Positions 1 to 10,024 of a DNA stretch of 64,000 bases are shown in pieces. The notes beneath the pieces were generated by a model. It did not search any database, was not told the DNA's origin, and was given only the letters and a program-made list of their open reading frames with translations. The stretch's first letter is position 1. Every line of letters starts with the position of its first letter. Source of the stretch: a phage; the NCBI GenBank assembly GCA_014816185.1, contig GCA_014816185.1_4095.1; one strand, written 5' to 3'. Both the position numbers and the translations under genes were made by a program.

Positions 1-28
1 AAAAAAAAAACCAGCAACAATGTGCTGG
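1..28 (-). terminator. Rho-independent terminator (minus strand)
   Basis: Hairpin CCAGCA/TGCTGG (11-28) followed on the minus strand by a U10 tract (A10 at 1-10 on +); just downstream of the minus ORF ending at 40. Confidence 0.6.
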
Positions 29-39
29 CTATATGAAAA

Positions 40-249
40 TTAGTGCTTCTCGTTTTGTTTTTTAATTTTTTTATTAAAAGACTTAACTAATAAGTCTCTA
101 TCTATTAATGGCATATTAAGGAGTGTTCCATAGTCAATGTTATCCATATATACAGAACATTCCATTAGTGCATTTTTGATTTCTGACTTATTCAGTTCTA
201 TCTCCTTCAGAACTTCTTGTATTTCTTCAGGAGATGACTGGAGAAGCAT
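40..249 (-). CDS. hypothetical protein (69 aa)
   Basis: Complete ORF abutting the stop of the upstream minus-strand gene; no recognisable motif. Confidence 0.4.
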   Translation of the reverse strand: MLLQSSPEEIQEVLKEIELNKSEIKNALMECSVYMDNIDYGTLLNMPLIDRDLLVKSFNKKIKKQNEKH

Positions 250-1085
250 TACTCGAAAAAATGACTAGGATCATATTTTAGTCCATCAATTTCCCATTGA
301 TGATTACATCCATCACATTCTACTTCCATACTATGAGATACACCAATTTCAAGTACTTCATCCATTTTTTCACGAATTAGTTTAAGTACTCCCTTCGATT
401 GTTGTCCAAGCCATTCATTAATAAATTCTTTTTCAACTACTTCATCACCATCTGGTGTTATAATTTTTGCAATAACTCCACCAATCATATCGAAGTTAAG
501 TTGAGCCATGTTTTCAAATACTTCAGAAAATATTTTTACTTTTTCATCTTTATCAATATCAGCAGTTTCAAGAAACTTAGTCTTCTGCTGCTCACTGAAC
601 ATGCGTTCAGCAAACGATGAATATTCTTTCCATGTCAGTGGTCTAAATTCTAAACGGAGTCCATTATCTAAATCAATTGATGGGATTTCTTCAAATGCTT
701 GTGCAGTTTCAAGAAGATATGATAGATTACGTTCAAATCGACCTTCTTTTTCACATTCAGGACATACAACGTTAATATCATATGTTTCTTCTTTAGACGC
801 AACTTTAATAGCAATAAGAAGCATTTCAACGTCATTTACATACAACTCATCAGCGTCAATTACATTAGGAACACAGTTTTCAATAACACGGGATACTGCA
901 TCTCCGTTTAGTAACATATCGGGGGTATTAAGTGTCATTTCATCACGTGCACTACGTGCACAAACTCCACATTTGACACCTTTTGGACCTAGAACTCCTT
1001 CTTTATAAGGAATAACGCCGTTTGTAACTAACTTAGTACTGATCTCTTCAATTTTAGTGTACTTAGCAAGTGGATTCATAGCCAT
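249..1085 (-). CDS. hypothetical protein with three CxxC pairs (possible zinc-binding structural/assembly protein)
   Basis: 278-aa ORF; GGAGA RBS upstream; CGVC, CPEC and CDGC pairs; minus-strand TATAAATA at 1120-1127. Confidence 0.6.
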   Translation of the reverse strand: MAMNPLAKYTKIEEISTKLVTNGVIPYKEGVLGPKGVKCGVCARSARDEMTLNTPDMLLNGDAVSRVIENCVPNVIDADELYVNDVEMLLIAIKVASKEETYDINVVCPECEKEGRFERNLSYLLETAQAFEEIPSIDLDNGLRLEFRPLTWKEYSSFAERMFSEQQKTKFLETADIDKDEKVKIFSEVFENMAQLNFDMIGGVIAKIITPDGDEVVEKEFINEWLGQQSKGVLKLIREKMDEVLEIGVSHSMEVECDGCNHQWEIDGLKYDPSHFFE

Positions 1086-1119
1086 TTTATTAAATCTCCA
1101 TGTAATAAATGTGTTTTAG

Positions 1120-1127
1120 TATTTATA
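1120..1127 (-). promoter_or_regulatory. T4-type late promoter (TATAAATA) on minus strand
   Basis: + strand TATTTATA = minus TATAAATA, about 35 nt upstream of the start codon at 1085. Confidence 0.45.
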
Positions 1128-1216
1128 AGACTAAAAAAAGATTAAATTAAACTAATTTTTATATTCTCTATAGTTTCATAAATATTTCTATAATACATCT
1201 ATTAAAAGGGAATGTT

Positions 1217-3421
1217 ATGGCTGGAAATACAAGTGATTACCTACTCCAGCAGTTGGTTAATCAAACTAAAGATAACAACGATAGTTTGAGTGCTATACGT
1301 GAGTTATTGGCTGAAAATATAAAAAATGATAGAAAGAAATCCGGTTCTAAAAGTGGAAAACGTAATGGAAGTAATTCATCAAGTACTGGAAACCGTGGCT
1401 CTCGAACAAATAACAAAGCTGATGATGGTAAAGAATTTGGAAAAATATTCAAATCATTATCATCTGAAGTATCGAATGTCGGCAAAACTATGATGAGTAC
1501 GTCTGCAAACGTTAGCAATGTTGTAAACTCACTAGGAATGAGTGCATCTTCATTTGCTGGTTCATTAGCAATGATCCCAGGTCCAGTTGGTGCAGCAGCA
1601 TCTGCATTCAAATTGGTTGCTGACGCTGGTTTAGCAGTTTATAATGTGTTAAATGCACAGCTTGAAGTTTATAATAGAATAAACAGTGCTGGTGTCGCTC
1701 TATCTGAAGGTTACGGCTCCATATTAAAAGGTGCTGGTGCATCAATGATGAGTATTGATGCATTTGGTGAAGCATTACAAACTCATAGTGCCGTTGTTGC
1801 ACAATTAGATGGTGCATATGGTGATGGTGTTTCTACATTTGGTAAATTATTGGGTACTGTGCAACAAGCACAAAATCAATTAGGTTTATATGGTGTTTCT
1901 CAAAAAACATTAACTGATTTAACTGCACGTAATATTAAATTCCAAAAGCAATTTGGTGGAAGAGAAATGTTACGTAGTATGGATCAAGCAAAAAGTACTG
2001 AACAGTTTATCATGAGTATGACTAAGTTCAGTAAAAGTATGGGTGAGTCAGTTGATGCACTATTAAATAAAACACAAAACTTAGATAAATCATTAGACAC
2101 ACGTTCAATGCAAATCGCATTACAAAACTATTCTGGATTATCTAGTAAAGCAGCAGTTGCAACATCAAAAGCATTTAACGAAGCTGCTGCCAGTATGGGT
2201 GATGCTGGTGCAGATTTTCTACGTTTAATTTCACATCGTTTAACTATTGGTGGAGTACCAGATGATTTATTGACTCCAGTACTGAACCAATTTGCTGATT
2301 TAGGTGAGAACTTGGTACGTAGTGGTGTTACTGATTCACAAGAAATTCGCCGTCAACAATTGGAATTTGTTAAAAAGAACAAAGAACTAATAAAGCAAGA
2401 TTTATTAAATCAGATACAATTAGGAAACACTACGGCAGCAACCTTCAACCAACAACTACTTGATATGGAAGCTGCGATTAATGATCCTAAGAGTCAACCA
2501 GCAGATAAACTAACACAATTCACTGATAGATTCAATAGATGGATTAGTAAAGAATTTACTGAACCATTTAATAAAATGTATGCAGATACACAAAATTCTA
2601 TTGCGGATTACCTTACTGATATTGCAGACCGTACTGATGGTGCATGGGAATTCATCGGAGAGTTAGCACTTGATGGTTTTGGTTTGGTTCCTATTGCGAA
2701 AGATGCAGTTGCGTATTTGGATAGGATTGGTGGTGAGTTTGAGCAGTGGTTAGAAGGGTTAGGTACTGAAATTTTTGGTAGTGGATATAATAAAGTTTCA
2801 GAAGCATTTGATAGCTTTATGAATAACCTAATGGATCTTCCTGGTAAACTTTGGGATTCTGTTAAAGGTTGGTTTGGTGGATCAGACGACAAAGTAAAAG
2901 TAGAAAACAATTCTGTTACCGATGGTGCAGAAAAAGTTAATAATTATTTTGAAGAAAAAATGAATTCATTTGGTGATTATATTTCTAGTTCATTTGATGG
3001 TTTTTTAAAATGGAATTCAAGTAGAAACTTTAAACAACCAAAACCCCTTGATGAATCAGTTGCTGAAAAACTTATTAGTAGTGGTCTTGAAAATAAGCCA
3101 AGAGCAACTGCGAGAATCGAAAAATCTGAACATGTTGCACCATATGTTACCATAACTCCAAAAACTTTTGATAAATCAGCATGGGGTCCAAATGAACCAC
3201 CAATTCAAGCTGAACCGGACGATTATGAGGCCATGAAAGCGATGATAAATAGTGGTAGTAGTATGGCAAATGCTAATAATAATGCCACAATATCAGAAGA
3301 CATGAAAGAGTTACTTAAAAAACTTGCTGATGTTAATGAGCAATCTCTATCTGCCGTGCAACAGACAAATAACTATCTAAGAACTATCTCTGAAAACACT
3401 CAAGGTGAGAGAAACAGTTAA
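1217..3421 (+). CDS. putative virion structural protein (Ala/Gly/Ser-rich, tape-measure or internal-protein-like)
   Basis: 734-aa ORF immediately upstream of portal gene; RBS AAAGGGAA; low-complexity N-terminal basic region then long Ala/Ser/Gly-rich helical stretches; function inferred from composition and position only. Confidence 0.5.
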   Translation: MAGNTSDYLLQQLVNQTKDNNDSLSAIRELLAENIKNDRKKSGSKSGKRNGSNSSSTGNRGSRTNNKADDGKEFGKIFKSLSSEVSNVGKTMMSTSANVSNVVNSLGMSASSFAGSLAMIPGPVGAAASAFKLVADAGLAVYNVLNAQLEVYNRINSAGVALSEGYGSILKGAGASMMSIDAFGEALQTHSAVVAQLDGAYGDGVSTFGKLLGTVQQAQNQLGLYGVSQKTLTDLTARNIKFQKQFGGREMLRSMDQAKSTEQFIMSMTKFSKSMGESVDALLNKTQNLDKSLDTRSMQIALQNYSGLSSKAAVATSKAFNEAAASMGDAGADFLRLISHRLTIGGVPDDLLTPVLNQFADLGENLVRSGVTDSQEIRRQQLEFVKKNKELIKQDLLNQIQLGNTTAATFNQQLLDMEAAINDPKSQPADKLTQFTDRFNRWISKEFTEPFNKMYADTQNSIADYLTDIADRTDGAWEFIGELALDGFGLVPIAKDAVAYLDRIGGEFEQWLEGLGTEIFGSGYNKVSEAFDSFMNNLMDLPGKLWDSVKGWFGGSDDKVKVENNSVTDGAEKVNNYFEEKMNSFGDYISSSFDGFLKWNSSRNFKQPKPLDESVAEKLISSGLENKPRATARIEKSEHVAPYVTITPKTFDKSAWGPNEPPIQAEPDDYEAMKAMINSGSSMANANNNATISEDMKELLKKLADVNEQSLSAVQQTNNYLRTISENTQGERNS

Positions 3422-3432
3422 GGACGAAAATA

Positions 3433-5172
3433 ATGAGTTGGAAACGACATATGACAGTGGGAAGGTCTAAACTATCGACCATCCCGAATCAGTCCAGTAA
3501 TAGCAATAAATCAACAGGAACGAAAACAAATTTCGCTTCCTATCTTCCTGTTGTATATAATGGATTGGCAAACCGTACTGAGCGTTATAGTCAGTATGAG
3601 CAAATGGACCAAGATCCTGAAATTAGAACTGCATTGAATATAATTGCTGACTTTTGTACCCAAAGTACTGAAGATTTTGGTTTACCATATAAAATCAAAT
3701 ATAAAGATGATATTGGTGATACTGAAGTAACTACTATTGAAGATCGTTTAGATGCATGGACTGAACAAAATGATTTTAAAACACGAATGTATGAAATTGT
3801 GCGTGGTCTTCTGAAATATGGTGATCAATTTTTCATTCGAGATCCAGAAACATTCGATTGGTATTGGGTAAGTCCCAAAAATGTTGAGCAAGTATTTGTT
3901 AACGAAGCCACTGGTAAAACACCAGTAATTTATTATATACGTGACGTATCATTAAATTTGAAAGATAAAGTTTTTAGTAACCTTCAAGTAGGATTTGATA
4001 AAACCGCTTATCCAGGAGCTATTCCGACAACAATGGGTGGTGGTGGTTCAGTAGCTGCGGGTGGTGCATCTGGTTTTACAAGTCAAGGAAATACTGCTGA
4101 TCCATTCAGTACTAACGGTCAATTAGACGTTATTCCTGTTGGTGCAGAACACGTAATTCATCTAACGCTAAATACAGGACAAGATGGGGTATGGCCTTTT
4201 GGTACTAGTATACTTGAGGACGTATTTAAAGTCTATAAGCAAAAAGAACTTCTGGAAGATAGTATCATAATTTATCGTGTACAACGTGCACCTGAGCGTC
4301 GTGTATTTAAAATTGATGTTGGTGATATGCAAGCACATCAAGCGATGGCTTATGTTGAAAGATTTAAAAATGAAATCCACCAGCGTAGAATACCTTCAAA
4401 CAAAGGTGGAAGTACTTCATTAATGGATGCAGCATATAATCCATTAAGCATTTTAGAAGACTACTTTTTCCCACAAACTTCTGAAGGTCGTGGTTCAGAT
4501 GTTCAAACATTACCAGGCGGTGATAACTTAGGACAAATTGATGACTTACGTTATTTCAATAATAAATTGATTCGTGGTCTTCAAATACCAGCTTCTTATC
4601 TACCACAAGGTCCAGATGATGGTGGTGTTTCATTATTTGGTGATGGTGCTACACAAGCTATGGCAAGTGAATTGCGATTCAATAATCAATGTATGCGTTA
4701 TCAACGTTTAGTTGCAAAACATTTTGATGCTGAATTCAAAAGATTTATGGTTAAAAATGGATATAACATTAGTACTTCATCTTTTGAAGTTATTATGAAT
4801 CCACCTATTAACTTAGCTTCTTATCGTAAAGCTGAACTAGATGCTAAACTAATTAATACATATCTTCCTCTTAATGACTTGCCTTATATGGCGAAACAAA
4901 CAATTCTTGAAAAAATGGGCTTTTCTAAAGCTGATATTGTTAAGAATGAACAAATGTGGTTACAAGAGAATCCACAAGATGGTTCCCAACCTTCTGGTGG
5001 TGAAGAAGATTCCGCTGGATTACAGTCTGTTGGTATTGATGCTCCAAATGATCCTGGAATGGATCTTGGTATTGATGGAGAAGGTAATTTGGAAAGTGCT
5101 GATGCCGAATACCAAGAGCAACAGAGTGGAAGTGGTGGTTTCAACCCTAATAATTTAGGCAATTCTTTTTAA
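3433..5172 (+). CDS. gp20: portal vertex protein (T4 gp20-like)
   Basis: 579 aa; segment IIYRVQRAPERRVFKIDVGDM ... DVQTLPGGDN ... RYFNNKLIRGLQIPASYLPQ aligns with remembered T4 gp20 ([22 protein letters not shown] ... VDTLPGADN ... RVPLSRIPQ). Confidence 0.9.
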   Translation: MSWKRHMTVGRSKLSTIPNQSSNSNKSTGTKTNFASYLPVVYNGLANRTERYSQYEQMDQDPEIRTALNIIADFCTQSTEDFGLPYKIKYKDDIGDTEVTTIEDRLDAWTEQNDFKTRMYEIVRGLLKYGDQFFIRDPETFDWYWVSPKNVEQVFVNEATGKTPVIYYIRDVSLNLKDKVFSNLQVGFDKTAYPGAIPTTMGGGGSVAAGGASGFTSQGNTADPFSTNGQLDVIPVGAEHVIHLTLNTGQDGVWPFGTSILEDVFKVYKQKELLEDSIIIYRVQRAPERRVFKIDVGDMQAHQAMAYVERFKNEIHQRRIPSNKGGSTSLMDAAYNPLSILEDYFFPQTSEGRGSDVQTLPGGDNLGQIDDLRYFNNKLIRGLQIPASYLPQGPDDGGVSLFGDGATQAMASELRFNNQCMRYQRLVAKHFDAEFKRFMVKNGYNISTSSFEVIMNPPINLASYRKAELDAKLINTYLPLNDLPYMAKQTILEKMGFSKADIVKNEQMWLQENPQDGSQPSGGEEDSAGLQSVGIDAPNDPGMDLGIDGEGNLESADAEYQEQQSGSGGFNPNNLGNSF

Positions 5173-5193
5173 ACATAAATAACAGTGTATAAG

Positions 5194-5220
5194 AATGAGG
5201 GTTTATTTTTACCCTCATTT
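5194..5220 (+). terminator. terminator-like hairpin after portal gene
   Basis: Stem AATGAGGGT/ACCCTCATT with 8-nt loop; only a short T run follows. Confidence 0.35.
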
Positions 5221-5245
5221 ATAATGCATATTTCAAGGAGATCAA

Positions 5246-5473
5246 ATGTTAAAGGACATCTTTGAATCTAGCAGTGATTCAATGTACGACCCTGAAGATG
5301 ATCAGAACGTATATAAAATTACTGATTCCAGAAAACCGAAACTAACATTACAAGTATTAAACAACTTAAGAAAGTACCGTGAATTTAAAGCACATGAAGA
5401 ACAACGCCGCAAAAATGTGGTTGCAGTTGTTTATGCCGCTGCACCAACTGGTGACGGTTCTGGGTTAATGTAA
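5246..5473 (+). CDS. small prohead core protein candidate (gp67/gp68 position)
   Basis: 75-aa ORF between portal and protease genes with RBS AAGGAGA; assignment by position only. Confidence 0.45.
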   Translation: MLKDIFESSSDSMYDPEDDQNVYKITDSRKPKLTLQVLNNLRKYREFKAHEEQRRKNVVAVVYAAAPTGDGSGLM

Positions 5474-5574
5474 ATCAAAAATCGCACTTTTTAAAGCTTT
5501 TAAAAAAGGCGATTTTATTCAGTACTAAATAATATCATACTTTATACGAATGTAATATATCTATGGAGGATATA

Positions 5575-6423
5575 ATGGCGAATTTAAAACTACTACAAGA
5601 AGCAATTGCGGCGTTTGCAAATGGCGAACAAGATATTGCTGATAAAAAAATGCGTAAGTATTTCGTTGAGCAAGCTCAAGAAATTAACAAACAACTAGAA
5701 GAAAGCATGGAAGATGAAGACGACGATGAAGATTGTGAAGTCGAAGTTAAAGTCAAAGATGAAGAAAAGCTTGACGAAGATTTTGATGTACAACCAGACG
5801 AAGGTCTAAATGCTGAAATCGAATACACCCTTGGTGAAGAAGATGAAAGTGCAGAAGAAGAAGTTGAATTCTCTGCTGATGCAGATGGTGACGGTGAAGA
5901 CGATGTTGACGTTGAAGTGAAAGCTGATGCTGATGTTCCTTCCGAAGACCAATGGGAATCAATCCAAGATGCTTTCCGTGGCCTACAACAAATGTTTGAT
6001 GAAATCGGTGACGGTGAAGTTGATCTAGATTCTGAAGAAGAAGTAGAAGATAGCGAAGAAGAAGTTGGCGTTGACGGTGACGACGAATTTGCTGATGTTG
6101 AATTCGGTGATGAAAAATTCGGTGAATCCTTCAAACTAGAAAAAGTTGCTCCAGTTGATAAGAAAGAAAAAGCTGGCACTCATTCCAAATCTCCAGTAGC
6201 ACCAGAAGCTAAATCTCCAGTAGCAGGAGCAGAGCCAGTTAAATTCGCTAAGAAAACTGACCAAGCACCACTACTAGACCTAGATGATAAATCTGTTCTA
6301 CCAAAAGATAGTCTAGATCTTGGTAAAAATGCTCGCGGTGAAATGAAAGATGTTAAAGCACCAAAAACTACTGCATCTAATTCTAAATCACCACTAAGCA
6401 AAGCACAACCTAAACTAAAATAA
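5575..6423 (+). CDS. highly acidic prohead core/scaffold-like protein
   Basis: ORF 5563-6423; likely start ATG 5575 after GGAGG; long Asp/Glu-rich tracts; sits between portal and prohead protease; upstream ACTAAATA late-promoter-like motif. Confidence 0.6.
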   Translation: MANLKLLQEAIAAFANGEQDIADKKMRKYFVEQAQEINKQLEESMEDEDDDEDCEVEVKVKDEEKLDEDFDVQPDEGLNAEIEYTLGEEDESAEEEVEFSADADGDGEDDVDVEVKADADVPSEDQWESIQDAFRGLQQMFDEIGDGEVDLDSEEEVEDSEEEVGVDGDDEFADVEFGDEKFGESFKLEKVAPVDKKEKAGTHSKSPVAPEAKSPVAGAEPVKFAKKTDQAPLLDLDDKSVLPKDSLDLGKNARGEMKDVKAPKTTASNSKSPLSKAQPKLK

Positions 6424-6443
6424 ATATCTGAAAGGAGATCATT

Positions 6444-7067
6444 ATGAGTAGTATGATTCGTGAATGGTCTTCATTCAATGATTCTAAAGTTGTTTTGGAA
6501 CATCGTGATAATGGATTTGGTGGGCGTGACTGCTATCTTCGTGGTATTGCTATTCAAGCCGACCAACGAAATTTGAACGAGAGAATTTACCCTTTATCTG
6601 AAATTACAAGGGCAGTAAATAACATGAACCAGCGTTTAGCTAAAGGTGAAAGCATTCTTGTTGAATGTGACCATCCAGAAACACTAACTATTAACCTAGA
6701 CCGAGTAGCAGCAATGATTACTAAGGTTTGGATGGAAGGTGCTAATGGTATGGCAGAAATCAAACTACTTGATACTGCACATGGTCAAAATATCCGTAAA
6801 ATGCTAGAGGCTGGTGTAAAACTTGGTGTAAGTTCTCGCGGTTCCGGTAACGTTGATTATAATGGAATAGTTTCTGATTTTGAAATTATCACTATTGATA
6901 TTGTTGCTCAACCTAGTGCTCCAGAAGCATACCCAACAGCGGTATTTGAATCTCTGATGAGTAAGTACGGATCACCTTGTAATAGTTCTAAAAAAATCAC
7001 TGAATCTAAAAAAGTAAATAATTTAGATTCTGAAATATACGATTTTTTCAAGAAATTAAAAGGTTAA
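6444..7067 (+). CDS. gp21: prohead core scaffold protein and protease (T4 gp21-like)
   Basis: 207 aa; RNERIYP, GVSSRGSG and IVAQPSAPEAYPT match remembered T4 gp21 (KRLYP, GVSSRGLG, GPSAPDAWVT). Confidence 0.9.
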   Translation: MSSMIREWSSFNDSKVVLEHRDNGFGGRDCYLRGIAIQADQRNLNERIYPLSEITRAVNNMNQRLAKGESILVECDHPETLTINLDRVAAMITKVWMEGANGMAEIKLLDTAHGQNIRKMLEAGVKLGVSSRGSGNVDYNGIVSDFEIITIDIVAQPSAPEAYPTAVFESLMSKYGSPCNSSKKITESKKVNNLDSEIYDFFKKLKG

Positions 7068-7078
7068 CATTTTAAAAA

Positions 7079-7086
7079 TATAAATA
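7079..7086 (+). promoter_or_regulatory. T4-type late promoter TATAAATA
   Basis: Exact TATAAATA 48 nt upstream of the gp22-like start; followed by a 9-bp hairpin. Confidence 0.45.
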
Positions 7087-7133
7087 TCTGTATGTTGAAG
7101 TACAGATATTTCAGTACTTAAAGGAGAGAACGA

Positions 7134-8249
7134 ATGTCTAAATTAGAAAAGCTTCTAAAAGAATCATCTCTTTCTGATGAGGCAAAACAGCTAATTCAGG
7201 AAGCATGGAATGAAGAAAAGAATACACTAGCCGCAGAGATGCGTGAAGAAATGAAAGGCCGTTATCAGCAAGATTTGGCTGAACTAACCGAAGGTTTGAA
7301 CACTATGGTTACTCAAGTCATTGCTGAAGAAATGGGTGCTGTATATGAAGAGAAAAAACGTCTCGTTGAAGATCGTGTAACTCTACGTAAAACACTAAGC
7401 AATTTCTCTGCGTTTTCAAACTCTGTTTTGGCTGAAGAAGTTAAACAAATGCGTAAAGAACGTAAGCATCTTCATGAATGCATGGGTAAATTCGTTAATT
7501 TTTCTAACGGTATCCTAGCAGAAGAGCTAAAAGAATTCCACACTGAAAAACGCCAACTAGTAGAAACTCGCGTTAAACTACTTGCTGAAGGTTCACGTCA
7601 AATTGCTGAAGCTCGTAATAACTTCATCAAACGTACATCTGAAAGTGCTGCTAAATATATTGCAGAAACCACTCAGAAGAATCTATATGCGTTGAAACAA
7701 GATCTAGTGGAAGCAAAACAAAATATGTTTGGTCGTAAAATCTTTGAAGCATTTGCTCAAGAGTTTAATGTCAAACAATTTAATGAAAATTCATTGCTAC
7801 GTTCCCTAACTGAATCAATTAAATCTAAAGAAGATGAAATTGCTCAAGTTAAGCAAGAACTACATGAAACTGCTAATGCCGTTAAAGCTGCTAAAACCAA
7901 ACTACGTATTATGGAAGATGCACAAGCACGTAATGCGATTATGTCTGAACTAGTAAAACCACTAACTGCACAGCAAAAACAAATTATGGAATCCCTTCTA
8001 GCTACTTCACCTACTGAAAAGCTTAAAGAAGATTTCAGCAAGTACCATAAGTCAGTACTTAACGGTACTAAAGTAAATGAATCTGCTACCACTCGTCAAG
8101 CAGTTCAGTCTTCCGCTAAGAAAACTCTTGCAGAAGGTAAAGTAATCACTGGCAACCGTCAGGCTATTGTTGAAAGCGAAGAAATGACCGCTGACGATAT
8201 GGCATTCCTAAAAGAACTCGATGTTCTTTCAGGTATCAATAAAAAATAA
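7134..8249 (+). CDS. gp22: prohead scaffold protein (gp22-like, coiled-coil)
   Basis: 371 aa, Glu/Lys/Ala-rich heptad-like sequence between protease and major capsid genes; RBS AAAGGAGAG. Confidence 0.7.
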   Translation: MSKLEKLLKESSLSDEAKQLIQEAWNEEKNTLAAEMREEMKGRYQQDLAELTEGLNTMVTQVIAEEMGAVYEEKKRLVEDRVTLRKTLSNFSAFSNSVLAEEVKQMRKERKHLHECMGKFVNFSNGILAEELKEFHTEKRQLVETRVKLLAEGSRQIAEARNNFIKRTSESAAKYIAETTQKNLYALKQDLVEAKQNMFGRKIFEAFAQEFNVKQFNENSLLRSLTESIKSKEDEIAQVKQELHETANAVKAAKTKLRIMEDAQARNAIMSELVKPLTAQQKQIMESLLATSPTEKLKEDFSKYHKSVLNGTKVNESATTRQAVQSSAKKTLAEGKVITGNRQAIVESEEMTADDMAFLKELDVLSGINKK

Positions 8250-8287
8250 ACATTTTAAAGCATTTTAATAATCAAATTTTTCAGTTC

Positions 8288-8295
8288 TATAAATA
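8288..8295 (+). promoter_or_regulatory. T4-type late promoter TATAAATA upstream of major capsid gene
   Basis: Exact TATAAATA 46 nt upstream of ATG 8341; part of an 18-nt block shared with 5526-5541. Confidence 0.5.
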
Positions 8296-8340
8296 ATATC
8301 ATACTGAAAAACGAATATAACATCTTTAAGGAGATATATA

Positions 8341-9516
8341 ATGTCACAACTACTAAATGAATCCAAATGGGTAGCAGTAAAAGAGAAACTAGTTGAAGGT
8401 CTACAGGGTACTCGTAAGTCTGTAATGGAAACTGTTCTTGATAACCATCGTAAAGTTATGCTAACTGAATCCGCAACTTCTGGTGCAACTACCGCTGGTA
8501 ACATCGCTACTCTAAACAAAGTGATTCTACCAATTATGCGTCGTGTAATGCCAACCGTTATTGCTAACGAAATCATCGGTGTTCAACCAATGACTGGTCC
8601 AGTTGGTCAGATCCACACCCTACGTGTGCAATATGCTGATAACGCACCTGGTGTTATCGCTGGTGAAGAAATGCTTTCTCCATACAAAATCGCTAAATCC
8701 TACTCTGGTGATCTAAATGCGGATAATAGCAACCCACAAGCTGCTCCTACTAGCCAACTAGAAGGTACTATGGGTCGTCGCGTTAACATCCGTATTCTAC
8801 GTGAAACTGTTGAAGCGAAATCTCGTCGTCTATCTGCACGTTGGACTGTTGAATCTGCACAAGATGCTCAATCCCAACATGGTGTTGACGTTGAAGCAGA
8901 ACTAATGGCTGCAATCGCTCAAGAAGTTACCGTAGAAATCGACCAAGAGCTACTAAGCCGTCTACGTGCACTACCTGGTGCTGCTGCTGTAACTTATGAC
9001 CAATCTAAAGTTACTGGTGTTGCAACCTTCGTTGGTGATGAGCACGCTGCTCTAGCAACTCTAATTAACCGTCAAGCAAACGAAGTTGCTCGTCGTACTA
9101 AGCGTGGTGCTGCAAACTGGGCTGTTGTTTCCCCAACTGCACTAACCATTCTACAATCTGCTACTACTTCTAGCTTTGCACGTACCACTGAAGGTACTTT
9201 CGAAGCACCAACTAACGTTAAGTTTGTAGGTACTCTAAACAGCACTATGCGTATTTTTGTTGATACGTATGCTTCAGATGCCGAGGACATTTTGATTGGT
9301 TATAAAGGTAATGCTGAAACTGATGCTGGTGTGTTCTATTGCCCATACATCCCACTAATGGCTTCCGGTACTGTAATGGACCCTAACACTGGGGAACTCG
9401 TTACAACTTTCTTAACCAGATACGGGTATGTTCAGTTGACCGATAGCACCAGTTCACTAGGTAACGCTGCTGACTACTACAGCAAAATCGCTATCAAAAA
9501 CGTTACTTTCATGTAA
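8341..9516 (+). CDS. gp23: major capsid protein (T4 gp23 family)
   Basis: 391 aa; ILPIMRRVMPTVIANEIIGVQPMTGPVGQIHTLRVQY and VEAKSRRLSARWTVESAQDAQSQHGVDVEAEL align with remembered T4 gp23; strong RBS AAGGAGA; strong terminator downstream. Confidence 0.92.
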   Translation: MSQLLNESKWVAVKEKLVEGLQGTRKSVMETVLDNHRKVMLTESATSGATTAGNIATLNKVILPIMRRVMPTVIANEIIGVQPMTGPVGQIHTLRVQYADNAPGVIAGEEMLSPYKIAKSYSGDLNADNSNPQAAPTSQLEGTMGRRVNIRILRETVEAKSRRLSARWTVESAQDAQSQHGVDVEAELMAAIAQEVTVEIDQELLSRLRALPGAAAVTYDQSKVTGVATFVGDEHAALATLINRQANEVARRTKRGAANWAVVSPTALTILQSATTSSFARTTEGTFEAPTNVKFVGTLNSTMRIFVDTYASDAEDILIGYKGNAETDAGVFYCPYIPLMASGTVMDPNTGELVTTFLTRYGYVQLTDSTSSLGNAADYYSKIAIKNVTFM

Positions 9517-9560
9517 TTGTAATCGATTTAAAAGATTTAATCAAGAAATTCAAAACAATA

Positions 9561-9590
9561 GGGACTCTTCGGAGTCCCTTTTCTTTTTTT
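9561..9590 (+). terminator. Rho-independent terminator after capsid gene
   Basis: GGGACTC-ttcg-GAGTCCC hairpin followed by TTTTCTTTTTTT. Confidence 0.8.
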
Positions 9591-9634
9591 ATAATCATCT
9601 AAATACACATAGGTGACATTAAGGAGATCAAATT

Positions 9635-9985
9635 ATGTTAACTGTATACAAATTTAACAAAGAAGAGTACTTAAAGAGTCAGCACTCAAATATAGAAATA
9701 AATGTTCCTTATGGTACGTTAGTTGGATATGATGAAGCCACTGAAACATTGTATTATAATGATGATAGATTGGATTATAGTTTAGATTCTTTCATAGAAG
9801 ATATACTTAATACACATACTGAAGATATGTTGTATGAAGAATACATAGATCATTATAGAGAACGTATGTCGGTGCTGCATTCTGATGCTCCTGTACTAAA
9901 CATAGCACAAGAACCATCGGAATTTCAGCCACATAATCCTTTTCAACGTTTAATTGATATTGGTTTAAAATTCACTATTAGTTGA
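9635..9985 (+). CDS. hypothetical protein (116 aa)
   Basis: ORF with RBS AAGGAGA; no recognisable motif. Confidence 0.5.
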   Translation: MLTVYKFNKEEYLKSQHSNIEINVPYGTLVGYDEATETLYYNDDRLDYSLDSFIEDILNTHTEDMLYEEYIDHYRERMSVLHSDAPVLNIAQEPSEFQPHNPFQRLIDIGLKFTIS

Positions 9986-10024
9986 TAGATAAATATCTCC
10001 ATATTAATGATGGAGATTGAATCT

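Noticed and set aside
399-1008. Plus-strand ORFs (399-620, 508-1008) inside the minus-strand gene 249-1085
   Set aside because: Fully embedded antisense to a better-supported ORF, low-complexity Ser-rich translation, no RBS; treated as spurious.
1261-1817. Minus-strand ORFs (1261-1611, 1608-1817, 2608-2910) within the 734-aa + strand gene
   Set aside because: Antisense overlaps of a long coding region with no start context; translations are low-complexity.
5676-6401. Minus-strand ORFs antisense to the acidic scaffold-like gene
   Set aside because: Artefact of the GA-rich acidic-repeat coding sequence (Ser/Thr-rich antisense translation).
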